A stretch of DNA of 64,000 bases from Candidatus Kaiserbacteria bacterium (lineage in GTDB: Bacteria; Patescibacteriota; Minisyncoccia; Phycocordibacterales; UBA918). Positions 20,871 through 30,499 of this stretch are shown piece after piece. The DNA lies in assembly GCA_031430855.1 (NCBI GenBank), contig JANPCG010000004.1:10845-74844 (forward strand), written 5' to 3'. The translations under genes were made by a program, and so were the position numbers. The first letter of the stretch is position 1. The number at the start of each line of letters is the position of its first letter. The notes under the pieces are model-generated. The model saw only the letters and a list, made by a program, of their open reading frames with translations. It ran no database searches and was not told where the DNA came from.

Positions 20871-22145
20871 CTACAGGTCTCCGTCAGTGAATTGTTTAAG
20901 AATTTCGTCAATCGTCCCAGTAACCTGCATTTCTTCATTTAAATTTTTAAGGGTGTAGGTATTTTCTTTGATTTCGTTTTCTCCCACTACGAGTACGTAG
21001 TTCACCAGTTTTTCGCTTGCGTCCCCGATCTTTTTGCCAAGTTTCTTAGTGCTGATGTCGGTAGCGACAGAGAGTCCCGCGGTCTCGCGAAACTGCATGG
21101 CAATTTTTTGTCCAACTATATTTTGGGCTGGGTCCATAGGGATCACCATTAGGTCTGGGGTGGTAGTGTTTGCGGTGAGGAGATTGTGGGTTTCGAGAAA
21201 ATCCCGCATGGTAACATCGCCCATACCAAATCCAATGCCACTGATAGCTTCACCGCCAAACATCTCGGTCAAATTATCATAGCGTCCACCGCCAAGCATG
21301 GCTCGATTATTTTCAAGAGAGACATCAAAGATTTCAAAAATAGTACCTGTGTAGTAATTAAATCCACGCGCAATCGATCGATCGATTTTTACATTCGTAA
21401 TACCAAGTTCCTTTAGTCCTTCAACGACTTTATTTGCATCAGTAGCGTCGCCACCAGAAACTAGCGTGTACACTTGAGCAGCAACAGAATCGTCACTAAC
21501 GATTTCTTTTAATGCGGCTTTGTATTCATCAGCAGATATTTTATAAAAACGATCGTTAAGACGAGTAATTGCGTCTTGCTTTTCCATATCTTCTATTCCA
21601 TATTCTATATATTTACTGCGCATTTCAGTGCGGTCATTGACCCTGATTTCAAAGAGAGAAGAGTCAGCTCCAAAGTTGAGAATGAGTTGCGAAGCGAGGG
21701 CAATAATTTCCACGTCGGCAGTGTAATCGGTGGCCCCAAAAATGTCGCAGTTTAACTGCCAGTGTTCACGTAGTCGTCCGCGTTGCGGTCGCTCGTACCG
21801 GAATAGATTTGGAATTGAATACCAACGAATAGGAAAAGACAGTTCGCGTCTGTGCCCTGCAACCATGCGAGCGACGGTTGGGGTCATTTCCGGACGGAGA
21901 GTAACTTCACGCTCGCCGCGATCGATAAAGGTATACGTTTGCTCATTTACCATTTCTTCGTTCTCAGCACCTTTAGCTTTATATAAATCTGATGGTTCAA
22001 GGACCGAAGCGTCGTACCGTTCAAACCCAAAACTCTCAGCCGTTTGGCTCCAGATGTCAAAGATGTGGCGTTGAATCGCCATGTCTTTCGGGTAAAAGTC
22101 ACGTACGCCTTTATACGAATCGGTCGAGAGGATTTTTTCAGTCAT
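20871..22145 (-). CDS. hisS: Histidine--tRNA ligase
   Basis: KGVRDFYP, LRPEMTP, FRYERPQRGRLREH, RGFNYYTG, GGGRYD. Confidence 0.97.
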   Translation of the reverse strand: MTEKILSTDSYKGVRDFYPKDMAIQRHIFDIWSQTAESFGFERYDASVLEPSDLYKAKGAENEEMVNEQTYTFIDRGEREVTLRPEMTPTVARMVAGHRRELSFPIRWYSIPNLFRYERPQRGRLREHWQLNCDIFGATDYTADVEIIALASQLILNFGADSSLFEIRVNDRTEMRSKYIEYGIEDMEKQDAITRLNDRFYKISADEYKAALKEIVSDDSVAAQVYTLVSGGDATDANKVVEGLKELGITNVKIDRSIARGFNYYTGTIFEIFDVSLENNRAMLGGGRYDNLTEMFGGEAISGIGFGMGDVTMRDFLETHNLLTANTTTPDLMVIPMDPAQNIVGQKIAMQFRETAGLSVATDISTKKLGKKIGDASEKLVNYVLVVGENEIKENTYTLKNLNEEMQVTGTIDEILKQFTDGDL

Positions 22146-22201
22146 AATTATGGTGATTGTAGGGGACAACTGCTAAAGACGCAACTTAGGTATACATTGG
22201 T

Positions 22202-22774
22202 TTAATCGGGAGCGATTGGCAAGTTACCAATGGTTTTAAGTCGGCTATCCATGGCGGTTTGGATCAGCGATTGTAATCCACGAGGGTCAGGAAGTCCGGG
22301 TGAGGCGAAATTGCTCTCGGCTGCCCCAGCTGTTTGGGCACGAATCATACCGAAGTTAAGCAAAGTAGGAATAAGGCCGCTAATGGTGACTTTTATGTCC
22401 TGTAATCGTTCCAATCTAAAGTTACTTACTTTACGATTAAAATAACTCACTTGCTCAATCACAATGATGCGTCTGTCGGTGATAATCCAGAGGTCAAGGT
22501 AATAGTTCGTCCAGGCGGTGACAGCGGCCATGGCGCTGAGTAGGAGCCAAGCAGCGATTGCAAATACAATAAGTGGAGTGCCGGTTTCAAAAAACGAAAC
22601 CAAAACTGCTTGTGGTGGTAGCGAGAGCACAATCATAAATAAGAACGTTGGCGCCAAGCCAAACAGAACAATAATAGCGAGTTCAATGGTAATGATAAAC
22701 CAATGTTTTCGAACGGTGGTGAGCACTTTCTCGTCAGACTCAAGTTCGATTTTTTCGTAGAGAGTTGTAGACAT
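22202..22774 (-). CDS. Membrane protein with bacterial PH domain
   Basis: E.EKVL...RKHW, two TMs, WIITDRRII...LERLQDI, G.I..QTAG. Confidence 0.8.
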   Translation of the reverse strand: MSTTLYEKIELESDEKVLTTVRKHWFIITIELAIIVLFGLAPTFLFMIVLSLPPQAVLVSFFETGTPLIVFAIAAWLLLSAMAAVTAWTNYYLDLWIITDRRIIVIEQVSYFNRKVSNFRLERLQDIKVTISGLIPTLLNFGMIRAQTAGAAESNFASPGLPDPRGLQSLIQTAMDSRLKTIGNLPIAPD

Positions 22775-22775
22775 A

Positions 22776-22994
22776 TTACAAGGCTACAACACTTAATCCC
22801 AAGATGGCGATGAGAGGAAGGGTGGTGACAAAATAGGCAACGTAGGTTTGGGCAGTAACTGACTTGTTCATTGAATAATTTTGCCAGTGATAGTACATCA
22901 CTACCGTAAAAACGACATAGATAATCAAGAGAACATAGAGTGTTCCTTGGGCTAAAGCGGCAAGGGGTAATTCAAATGTAGGAAAGGGTTGCAT
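22776..22994 (-). CDS. Small two-TM membrane protein (YHW..Y motif)
   Basis: Tightly packed between prmC and PH-domain gene; hydrophobic. Confidence 0.7.
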   Translation of the reverse strand: MQPFPTFELPLAALAQGTLYVLLIIYVVFTVVMYYHWQNYSMNKSVTAQTYVAYFVTTLPLIAILGLSVVAL

Positions 22995-22998
22995 ACCA

Positions 22999-23904
22999 TT
23001 ATTGTGCCACACTAAGGATGCTGAAGCGAGGGACACCGTATTGGTCAGGGTGGGTAACTATGGCAAACCCTTTTTGCTGGGCCATTTCAGTAAGTGCGTT
23101 TACTTGCGCCGGTTCGTGTTCGATCCAGAGTTGTCCGTCGGGGTTTAGATGGGCTGGCGCAACTTCAATAATTTGCTTTATAATTTCCATTCCCTCGCTC
23201 CCTCCAAATAATGCCAGATGAGGCTCGTTCTCTATGACACTCGCTTCAACTGTGTATGCGGCTGCGTCTATATATGGTGGGTTAGTCAGTATGTAGTCAA
23301 ACCCGCGGTTTTGTTTGTGAATTTCTTTGTTGTGGGTCCCGATTTTTTCATCACCATATTCATCATATTGCTCTTTCAAAAATTCTCCCACGCCGCGAAC
23401 TTCACCCGCCACACTCGCGGCTACATCTTTTTGCAGTGCAGAAAACAAATCACTTTCTATAATTTCGGTGATAGAATCACCAAGTAAATTTATCTTGATA
23501 TTTTTTGTTATGGTTGAGAGGTGAGTCGGATCAATTTCGGCAAAGGTAACGTGTGCATTAGAGACCGCTTTTGCGACCGCAACTCCAATTGCGCCACTGC
23601 CAGCACAGAGGTCGAGAATTTTTAAGGAGGAGGCAAGACCTCCTTCGGTATTTTGTTCGAGGTCTCGCCTCGTACTTTGCGCTTGGATTGTAGTGATGGC
23701 TTGCTCGACCCAGTACTCAGTTTCGGGGCGGGGAATGAGGGGATGGGAGTCGAGATAAATGGTGCAGTTCAAGAAAGGTACTTGTCCGATGAGGTACGCT
23801 AAAGGTGTTCCATCTCGTAACTGTTCACAGTCAGCGTAAAAAGCTTCGGTTTCTACGCCGCCGTATTTTTCTTTGAGGAGCCACGCTGATTCTTGATTTT
23901 TCAT
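22999..23904 (-). CDS. prmC: Release factor glutamine methyltransferase with two repeat-derived in-frame insertions
   Basis: PLAYLIG, LIPRPETE, LDLCAGSGAI, NPPY, EPHLALFGG..G; real start ATG 23904. Confidence 0.93.
   Translation of the reverse strand: MKNQESAWLLKEKYGGVETEAFYADCEQLRDGTPLAYLIGQVPFLNCTIYLDSHPLIPRPETEYWVEQAITTIQAQSTRRDLEQNTEGGLASSLKILDLCAGSGAIGVAVAKAVSNAHVTFAEIDPTHLSTITKNIKINLLGDSITEIIESDLFSALQKDVAASVAGEVRGVGEFLKEQYDEYGDEKIGTHNKEIHKQNRGFDYILTNPPYIDAAAYTVEASVIENEPHLALFGGSEGMEIIKQIIEVAPAHLNPDGQLWIEHEPAQVNALTEMAQQKGFAIVTHPDQYGVPRFSILSVAQ
23291..23426 (+). repeat. Long-hairpin repeat copy 13, in-frame inside prmC
   Basis: TTTGTTGTGGG..GATTTTT..TCACCATAT-TCATC-ATATTGCTC..AAAAATT..CCCACGCC; closed by ATGTAGTC/GGCTACAT. 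Confidence 0.8.
23628..23672. repeat. Inverted pair of mini-hairpins inside prmC
   Basis: AGGAGG-CAAGA-CCTCCT and CGAGG-TCTCG-CCTCG; encodes TRRDLEQNTEGGLASS. Confidence 0.75.
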
Positions 23905-23970
23905 GAATTTATGACATAATACAGGTTGAATACATTGCGTCAAGAGACGCTCAACAAGGAGATCTTTACC

Positions 23971-24450
23971 ATGACTAATGATGGCGAAATCAAGGCTGCC
24001 ACCGATGTCGTGCCGATTGCTCGGGCGTACTTTATTATTCAGGGAGTTGAGGGGTGGGCAACTAAAACGCAACTGAAAACACTTCTGGAGCTTATGGTCT
24101 GGGCGTACGGGTTCGATCGTGACTACGATTGGACCTGGAACTTGAAAGACTGCCCGTTGTTGCGCGAGGTCTCATCCTACCAAAAAGCGGCTGAGGTGAT
24201 AGAGGGTTGGTTTGGTAAAAACCAGTTCCCTTTACGCGAAAAGTGGCAAGATGAACATAATGTGTTCGAGAACTGGATTTTGCCGGCTCTCGAGACATGG
24301 GTGGAGGACAGGTATGAGGGCTACCTTGCAAGTTCTACCTGGAAAGGGGTAAAAGGGCACCATGGCGTCCACTGGGATACAGAGAAGCAAGGTCATGTCG
24401 TGCTGTATGAAGGGGATAATTTCAACCCCGTTTTCGATTACCAATTGTAA
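23971..24450 (+). CDS. Hypothetical Trp-rich protein (orphan)
   Basis: SD AAGGAG before ATG 23971, promoter TTGATT-N16-CATAAT, terminator GGCGGCGGC-TACG-GTTGCCGCC plus T-run. Confidence 0.75.
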   Translation: MTNDGEIKAATDVVPIARAYFIIQGVEGWATKTQLKTLLELMVWAYGFDRDYDWTWNLKDCPLLREVSSYQKAAEVIEGWFGKNQFPLREKWQDEHNVFENWILPALETWVEDRYEGYLASSTWKGVKGHHGVHWDTEKQGHVVLYEGDNFNPVFDYQL

Positions 24451-24534
24451 TCACCATTTGGAAGAGGTGGGCGGCGGCTACGGTTGCCGCCCTTTTTTTG
24501 TGTAATATTTTGCGTGGTATACTGGCATTTATAT

Positions 24535-25293
24535 ATGACAGACAATACGACAGTGTCGATGCTGGAGATAAAGAACTTGGTAAAAGTATACGGTAGTGGT
24601 GATAAAGCAAAGCGCGCAGTTGATGGAATTAATTTATCAATTCCGAAGGGATCATTTTTTGGACTCTTGGGACCAAACGGCGCAGGGAAATCGACCACGA
24701 TTCATTGTATTACGGGAATTGCGCAACCAACGTCGGGTCAGATTCTGATTGATGGAGTGGATGTCGTGACTGACTATAAACGTGCTCGTACCAAAGTCGG
24801 TCTTTCTCCGCAGGAATTTAATGTTGATATTTTTTCCACACCGATTGAGCTCATGGACTATATAGGTGGGTACTATGGAATTCCGTATGAGGCCCGGATG
24901 TCTCGCATTGATGAACTTATCAAACAATTTGACTTGGAAGAACACCGCAATATAAAGTTTCAAAAATTGTCAGGCGGACTTAAGCGTCGGGCGATGTTGG
25001 GACGCGCACTCGTGCATACCCCCGATTTACTAATTTTGGATGAACCGACAGCTGGAGTTGATGTCGAACAACGTCGGGCGTTATGGACGTATCTAAAGAA
25101 GCTCAATGAAGATGGCAAGACGATTATCCTCACCTCACATTATTTAGAAGAAATTCAATATTTGTGCCGAGACATTGCGATTATTAATCATGGAAAGATA
25201 GTAGCTCAGGGTAGTAAAGAAGAGTTTATGAAAGACGGCCAGTCTATTGAAGAGGCGTACCTCGCGGTTATTAGTGAATCAGACAACAAATAG
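24535..25293 (+). CDS. ABC-2 transporter ATP-binding protein (YadG-like)
   Basis: GPNGAGKST, LSGGLKRR, LILDEPTAGVD, TSHYLEE. Confidence 0.93.
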   Translation: MTDNTTVSMLEIKNLVKVYGSGDKAKRAVDGINLSIPKGSFFGLLGPNGAGKSTTIHCITGIAQPTSGQILIDGVDVVTDYKRARTKVGLSPQEFNVDIFSTPIELMDYIGGYYGIPYEARMSRIDELIKQFDLEEHRNIKFQKLSGGLKRRAMLGRALVHTPDLLILDEPTAGVDVEQRRALWTYLKKLNEDGKTIILTSHYLEEIQYLCRDIAIINHGKIVAQGSKEEFMKDGQSIEEAYLAVISESDNK

Positions 25294-25294
25294 T

Positions 25295-26062
25295 ATGACA
25301 ATTAATTGGATAGGGTTATACACGATGTTGAGGCGTGAAGTGAAAAGGACACTCCGTGTTTCAGTGCAGACATTGGCGGCGCCAGTGATTTCAGCAGCTT
25401 TATATATTTTTATTTTTGGTACCGTGATTGGTTCAAAAATCGATAATTTTGCGGGCGTTCCGTACATCTCGTTTGTGTTTCCTGGGGTACTCATGTTGTC
25501 AATAATTAACGCTTCGTTTTCGAGTGCTTCCTCGGCACTATTTTTTATGAAGTTTACGCGTGGTATTGAAGAGATTTTAATCACACCTTTCTCGTACATT
25601 GAAATGTTATTGGGTTTTGTCGGTAGTGCGGTCGCCAGGGCAATGATTGTGGCGTTTCTGATTCTGATTGTGGGAATGCTGTTTGGGGCGGTAACACTGA
25701 CTAATCCATTGATGTTTATATTTTATGTGGCTGCTATTTCAGCTATCTTTGCGATGTTAGGAATTATTGTGGCGCTGTGGGCTGAAGGGTTCGAACAATT
25801 GCAGATGCTTAATACGTTTGTGATTACGCCACTCACATACCTGGGTGGAATCTTCTATTCAATTACTATGTTGCCGCCACTGGCTGCACAGATTACTATT
25901 CTCAACCCCTTCTTTTATTTTGCGGATGGTATTCGCGGCGCGATGATTGGCTACCACGAAGCGAATCAGATTATTGGGCTAATAGTAGTGATAGGATTGG
26001 TGGTGTTTCTTGGGATTCTCGTCACTCAGCTTTTCAAGCGTGGTTGGAAAATCCGAAGTTAA
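25295..26062 (+). CDS. ABC-2 transporter permease (YadH-like)
   Basis: YISFVFPG, PLTYLGGIFYSI, NPFFY; six TMs. Confidence 0.92.
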   Translation: MTINWIGLYTMLRREVKRTLRVSVQTLAAPVISAALYIFIFGTVIGSKIDNFAGVPYISFVFPGVLMLSIINASFSSASSALFFMKFTRGIEEILITPFSYIEMLLGFVGSAVARAMIVAFLILIVGMLFGAVTLTNPLMFIFYVAAISAIFAMLGIIVALWAEGFEQLQMLNTFVITPLTYLGGIFYSITMLPPLAAQITILNPFFYFADGIRGAMIGYHEANQIIGLIVVIGLVVFLGILVTQLFKRGWKIRS

Positions 26063-26182
26063 CAATAATAATAACCCACCTACTGCGTTGCGCTTCGGCA
26101 AAATAATTTTCAACGTATCAAAAGTACGTCTCAAATAATTTTCCTCGCGCGCCTTGTATCTGGGTCATTCTTCCCGTTAACT
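26057..26182 (+). repeat. Long-hairpin repeat copy 5 (3' of permease)
   Basis: AGTTAAC...GCGTTGCGC..AAAATAATTT-TCAACGTAT-CAAAA-GTACGTCTC-AAATAATTTT..CGCCTTG...GTTAACT. Confidence 0.88.
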
Positions 26183-26273
26183 AAAATAATCACAAAAATT
26201 AATTGTAGTAGCGAACAAATCTCCACAGATAGATACGTATAAAGAGACAAATTGAATGTATACTTTCATTAGT

Positions 26274-27299
26274 ATGAAACGACACGCAAAAATGTACGAG
26301 ACAGTCGCAGCACTGATGGCACCTGGAAAAGGTATCCTCGCTGCTGACGAAAGTGATAGTACCGCAGGGAAGCGCCTGCAGATGGTTCATTTACCAAACG
26401 AAGAAGCCAATCGACAAGATTTTCGCGAACTCCTCTTTACTGCACCAGGAGTTGAAGATTACCTCTCTGGCGTTATCTTGTATGACTCAACTATCAAGAG
26501 TGCTGCTGACGACGGCACACCGTTTGGTGATGTCTTGATTGCTCGTGGCATTGTCCCTGGAATTAAAGTTGATCTGGGTACCAAGGATTTTGATGGCTTT
26601 AGTGGCGAGGTAGTGACTCAGGGACTTGATGGTCTTGAAGAGAGATTTACCGAATACTATGACCTTGGCGCTCGCTTTGCCAAGTGGCGGATGGTCATCA
26701 CAATTGATGAACATATTCCAACTGATGCGTGCTTGGAAATCAACGCGGTGATGTTGGCGCGCTACGCACAGATAGCCCAGCGCACGGGTATTGTACCAAT
26801 GGTTGAGCCAGAAGTTATTTTCGCTGGCGATCATGACATTGTTCGGGCAGAAGCGGTTACGACGCGTGCACTTCAAATTCTCTTTCAAACACTAATGCGA
26901 TACAAGGTTGACCTTGAGGCGTTGATACTAAAGTCATCTATGGTTTTAGCGGGGGATATGAATGGTGACCAATCAACCGCTGAACAAATTGCGAATGCAA
27001 CTCTACGCTGTTTCCATATGTCTGTGCCGCATGAAGTTGGCGGTATCGTGTTTCTCTCCGGTGGTCAGTCACCAAAGCGAGCCACCGAAAACCTTAATGC
27101 GATTGCAAAATTAGGTGCGCAACCATGGCCAATTACATTCTCATATTCTCGTGCAATTGAAGAGCCGTTTCTCCTCGCGTGGCAAGGTAAGCCAGAGAAT
27201 ATCGCCAAAGCTCAAGAAGTTCTCCTTCATGCCTGTCAGATGAATAGTCTCGCAGCTCAAGGGCTCTACAGCGCCACTGACGACAAAATCCTCAAATAA
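26274..27299 (+). CDS. Class I fructose-bisphosphate aldolase (eukaryote-like glycolytic family)
   Basis: GKGILAADES, PGIKVD, RFAKWR, PMVEPE, FLSGGQ, TFSYSRA. Confidence 0.95.
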   Translation: MKRHAKMYETVAALMAPGKGILAADESDSTAGKRLQMVHLPNEEANRQDFRELLFTAPGVEDYLSGVILYDSTIKSAADDGTPFGDVLIARGIVPGIKVDLGTKDFDGFSGEVVTQGLDGLEERFTEYYDLGARFAKWRMVITIDEHIPTDACLEINAVMLARYAQIAQRTGIVPMVEPEVIFAGDHDIVRAEAVTTRALQILFQTLMRYKVDLEALILKSSMVLAGDMNGDQSTAEQIANATLRCFHMSVPHEVGGIVFLSGGQSPKRATENLNAIAKLGAQPWPITFSYSRAIEEPFLLAWQGKPENIAKAQEVLLHACQMNSLAAQGLYSATDDKILK

Positions 27300-27304
27300 T
27301 ATCT

Positions 27305-27339
27305 TAAATTAAAACTGCCGATATGGCAGTTTTAATTTA
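27305..27339. terminator. Terminator after aldolase
   Basis: TAAATTAAAACTGCC-GATAT-GGCAGTTTTAATTTA. Confidence 0.75.
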
Positions 27340-27451
27340 CTCTCTTTGCTTAAACAAAGATACCGCTGGAGGCAGTATTTTTGTAGATAACATATACTTG
27401 CGTTCGAGTCTACGTTCCAGCGGTTCTTCCTCGGTAGGTCGAATCGGGAAC

Positions 27452-27491
27452 AAAGTAAAACAATACCACCTGACGGTGGTTGTTTTACTTT
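27452..27491 (-). terminator. Terminator after rpmG
   Basis: AAAGTAAAACAA-T-ACCACC-TGAC-GGTGGT-TGTTTTACTTT near-perfect stem. Confidence 0.7.
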
Positions 27492-27671
27492 TTATTTCTT
27501 CTGTTTGTAGACGGTGTGCTCTTTGGCGATTGGGTTGAACTTCTTGGTCTCGTACTTCTTACTTGGGTCCTTTTTTACCTTATTGTTAAAACGAGTGTAA
27601 TACACGTGGCCTTTTCCAACGCCTTTTGCGTTGCCCAAAGAGACGAGCTTTACGAGTAAATCTTGTGACAT
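27492..27671 (-). CDS. rpmG: 50S ribosomal protein L33, Cys-free form (59 aa, below ORF-track cutoff)
   Basis: Translated by hand: MSQDLLVKLVSLGNAKGVGKGHVYYTRFNNKVKKDPSKKYETKKFNPIAKEHTVYKQKK. Confidence 0.9.
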   Translation of the reverse strand: MSQDLLVKLVSLGNAKGVGKGHVYYTRFNNKVKKDPSKKYETKKFNPIAKEHTVYKQKK

Positions 27672-27872
27672 AGTGGTGCCGATTGTAGCAGAAAGAGGTC
27701 AATTCGTCAATTTAGATAGTTTTGGTTAAACGTTCTAAGAATTATGTGTCATAGCACACATTTCAAGAGACTATCAACAGCGGATTGAGAGGGTGTCCCG
27801 AGGTTTAAAAATAAGCGTGGTATTATGGTTTTGTCTACCACGCAAGGACCCTTGTGTTGTACGCTTTTTGCT

Positions 27873-29096
27873 ATGAGAGTACTCACTTTTGGTTGGGACT
27901 TCCCACCGTCTCGTAACGGTGGTCTTGGGGTCGCCTGCTATGGCCTCACGCGTGAACTCGCAGAGAAGGGGATAGAAGTAATTTTTGTCCTCCCAAAACA
28001 ACAAGAGGTAATCGGTACCCCGCGTTTTGTGTTTGCCAATAATGAGCGTCGGGTACGAGTACGAGAAATTTCGTCCGGGTTATTGCCGTATCAAAATTCA
28101 GGCAGTGTCATTGAAAGCATTATCGGATTCGAAACTGATGGCAGGCCAAAATACCAAACGCGTACTATTCTAGAAGAGGTGCACCGTTTTGCGCACGACG
28201 CGGCAGCTATTGCCGAGGAAGAGGAATTTGATTTGATACACGCACATGATTGGACTTCTTATCTCGCCGGAGTGGCTGCAAAAGTAGTATCTGGAAAACC
28301 ACTTATTCTTCATGTTCATGCCACATCATATGATCAGGCGGCGAGTAACAATGTTGATCCGTCAATTTATACCATTGAGCGCGAAGCATTCCACTTTGCT
28401 GATCAGGTTGTGACGGTGAGTGAGTTCACTCGCCAAATTTTAATTGAGAAGCATAATGTCCCGCCGGAGAAGGTCCTGGTGGTGCATAATGGCTGCGATA
28501 CTTTCGAACCGCCACGTCACCAGCCAGTACTGCAGGAGCTGAAAGCTCAGGGGCGTAAAATCATTCTCTATCATGGACGTATCACAATCCAAAAAGGGGT
28601 CGACTATTTTGTGAGAGCAGCGAGAAGGGTTGTCGATGTTGACCCAAACGTGATGTTTGTTATTTCAGGGTGGGGTGATATGACGAATCAAATTATTGCT
28701 CAGGTTGGATCTATGGGGCTCTCTGGTCATGTTATGTTTGCGGGTGCTCTCTGGGAAGAAGAGCGGGATCGGATGTATCAAGCCGCTGATCTTGTGGTGA
28801 TGCCATCTGTTTCTGAACCGTTTGGACTCGTTCCACTTGAAGCGTTGCAACACGGGACACCGTCTTTGATATCAAAACAGTCAGGAGTGTCGGAAGTATT
28901 AACACACGTTCTCAAGGTTGATTTTTGGGATGTCGATGAGATGGCAAACAAAATTCTAGCCACGCTGCGCTATCCAGTGTTACATCAACAGTTGCGCACC
29001 TCAGGTCGGCAAGAAATTTATAAACTATCCTGGGCGGACGCTGCCCGTAAAATAAAACGATTGTATCAAAATCTGATACACTATAGTTCAACCTAA
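27873..29096 (+). CDS. GT4-family glycosyltransferase (glycogen-synthase-like)
   Basis: WDFPP..GGLG, HAHDW, QKGVD, PSVSEPFGLVPLEA. Confidence 0.92.
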   Translation: MRVLTFGWDFPPSRNGGLGVACYGLTRELAEKGIEVIFVLPKQQEVIGTPRFVFANNERRVRVREISSGLLPYQNSGSVIESIIGFETDGRPKYQTRTILEEVHRFAHDAAAIAEEEEFDLIHAHDWTSYLAGVAAKVVSGKPLILHVHATSYDQAASNNVDPSIYTIEREAFHFADQVVTVSEFTRQILIEKHNVPPEKVLVVHNGCDTFEPPRHQPVLQELKAQGRKIILYHGRITIQKGVDYFVRAARRVVDVDPNVMFVISGWGDMTNQIIAQVGSMGLSGHVMFAGALWEEERDRMYQAADLVVMPSVSEPFGLVPLEALQHGTPSLISKQSGVSEVLTHVLKVDFWDVDEMANKILATLRYPVLHQQLRTSGRQEIYKLSWADAARKIKRLYQNLIHYSST

Positions 29097-29101
29097 TTTC
29101 T

Positions 29102-30478
29102 ATGCTTAGCGTTTGTCCTTATTTTCACGTTCACCAGCCGTATCGGGTAAAAAAATACCGCGTCTTTGATATTGGAAACGACAACCAGTACTTCAATGAT
29201 AGTAGTGAAACTGATCTCAATAACCGTCGTATTATTGATAAAGTTGCGAATAAATCCTACCGACCGACCAATAAAATCTTAAAAGAACTGCTTGATACAC
29301 ACCCTGAATTTCGGTTTGCGCTTTCTTTCTCTGGTACGGCACTCGATCAGTTCGAAGCGTATGCGCCAGACGTCCTCGAGTCATTTCAAGAGTTGGTTGC
29401 AACGGGACGGGTAGAAATTTTAGCTGACACCTACCACCACTCGCTCGCATTCTTTTATTCAGTCCCGGAGTTCGAGCGACAGGTAAGCAAACATGCCAAG
29501 CGTATTAAATCACTCTTTGGCGTAACGCCACGAGTGTTCCGTAATACTGAATTGTCGTATCGAAATGATTTAGCAAAATGGTGTGAAGACAATGGGTACC
29601 TCGGCATTATGGCAGAAGGTTGGGATAAGTACCTTGGTTGGCGCAGTCCAAACTATGTCTACCGACCAGCCGGTTGTAGTCGTATCAAGGTCCTCTTAAA
29701 AAATTATAAATTATCTGATGACGTTGCCTTTCGGTTTGGTAACCAGGGGTGGGCGAGCTACCCATTGCGGGCAGAGACGTTTGCTGACTGGATCCATGCT
29801 CATCATGGTGACGGTGAGACCATCAATCTGTTCATGGACTATGAGACTTTCGGTGAACACCAATGGGAAGATACGGGAATTTTTGATTTTTTGCGGGCAT
29901 TGCCAGGCATTCTTTTGGCACACCCTGATACTAGTTTTAAAACCCCAACTGAAACCGTGATGTCATACGAACCAACGGGAGAGTATGATGTGCCCGATGT
30001 GCTGACGTGGGCTGATACTGATCGTGATCTTACTGCGTGGACCGGGAATGATATCCAGCGTGATGCGCTTTCAAAAATTTACGCGCTTGAGGCTGACATT
30101 ATGAAAATTGGTGACAAAGATATGATTGAAGTCTGGCGCAAGCTTCAGACGTCCGATCACTTTTATTACATGTGTACGAAGTGGTCTGAAGACGGTGATG
30201 TTCATGCGTACTTCAGTCCGTACAAATCCCCATATGACGCATATATCGCTTTCATGAATGCGCTGTCTGATTTACAATTGAGAGTACAGTATGCTGTAGA
30301 GAAACAGACTGCAGAAGTTACCCACGCTGCTGTAAAAGCCAAGACGATAACCATACCGGTGACTGATTTTGGTCCCGAGCCGGATGTAACCCTTGAACTA
30401 ACGTGGCAGATGAAAGTACGAGCGTGGTGGCAAGGATTGGTTAACCGCTCACGGTTCAAGAATTTTTTAGCAAAGTAG
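29102..30478 (+). CDS. GH57-family glycoside hydrolase (alpha-amylase-like)
   Basis: FHVHQP, FRNTEL, DYETFGEH, LQTSDHFYYMCTK. Confidence 0.93.
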   Translation: MLSVCPYFHVHQPYRVKKYRVFDIGNDNQYFNDSSETDLNNRRIIDKVANKSYRPTNKILKELLDTHPEFRFALSFSGTALDQFEAYAPDVLESFQELVATGRVEILADTYHHSLAFFYSVPEFERQVSKHAKRIKSLFGVTPRVFRNTELSYRNDLAKWCEDNGYLGIMAEGWDKYLGWRSPNYVYRPAGCSRIKVLLKNYKLSDDVAFRFGNQGWASYPLRAETFADWIHAHHGDGETINLFMDYETFGEHQWEDTGIFDFLRALPGILLAHPDTSFKTPTETVMSYEPTGEYDVPDVLTWADTDRDLTAWTGNDIQRDALSKIYALEADIMKIGDKDMIEVWRKLQTSDHFYYMCTKWSEDGDVHAYFSPYKSPYDAYIAFMNALSDLQLRVQYAVEKQTAEVTHAAVKAKTITIPVTDFGPEPDVTLELTWQMKVRAWWQGLVNRSRFKNFLAK

Positions 30479-30499
30479 TAACGTATAGTTCTTTAAAGT

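Noticed and set aside
23905-24072. N-terminal extension of PrmC overlapping the 23926 ORF
   Set aside because: Better starts (ATG 23904 minus, SD-led ATG 23971 plus) remove the overlap and give ordinary divergent genes.
27362-27424. Functional tRNA gene
   Set aside because: No cloverleaf: D and anticodon arms are missing and the T-stem does not pair in register. Kept only as a low-interest finding.
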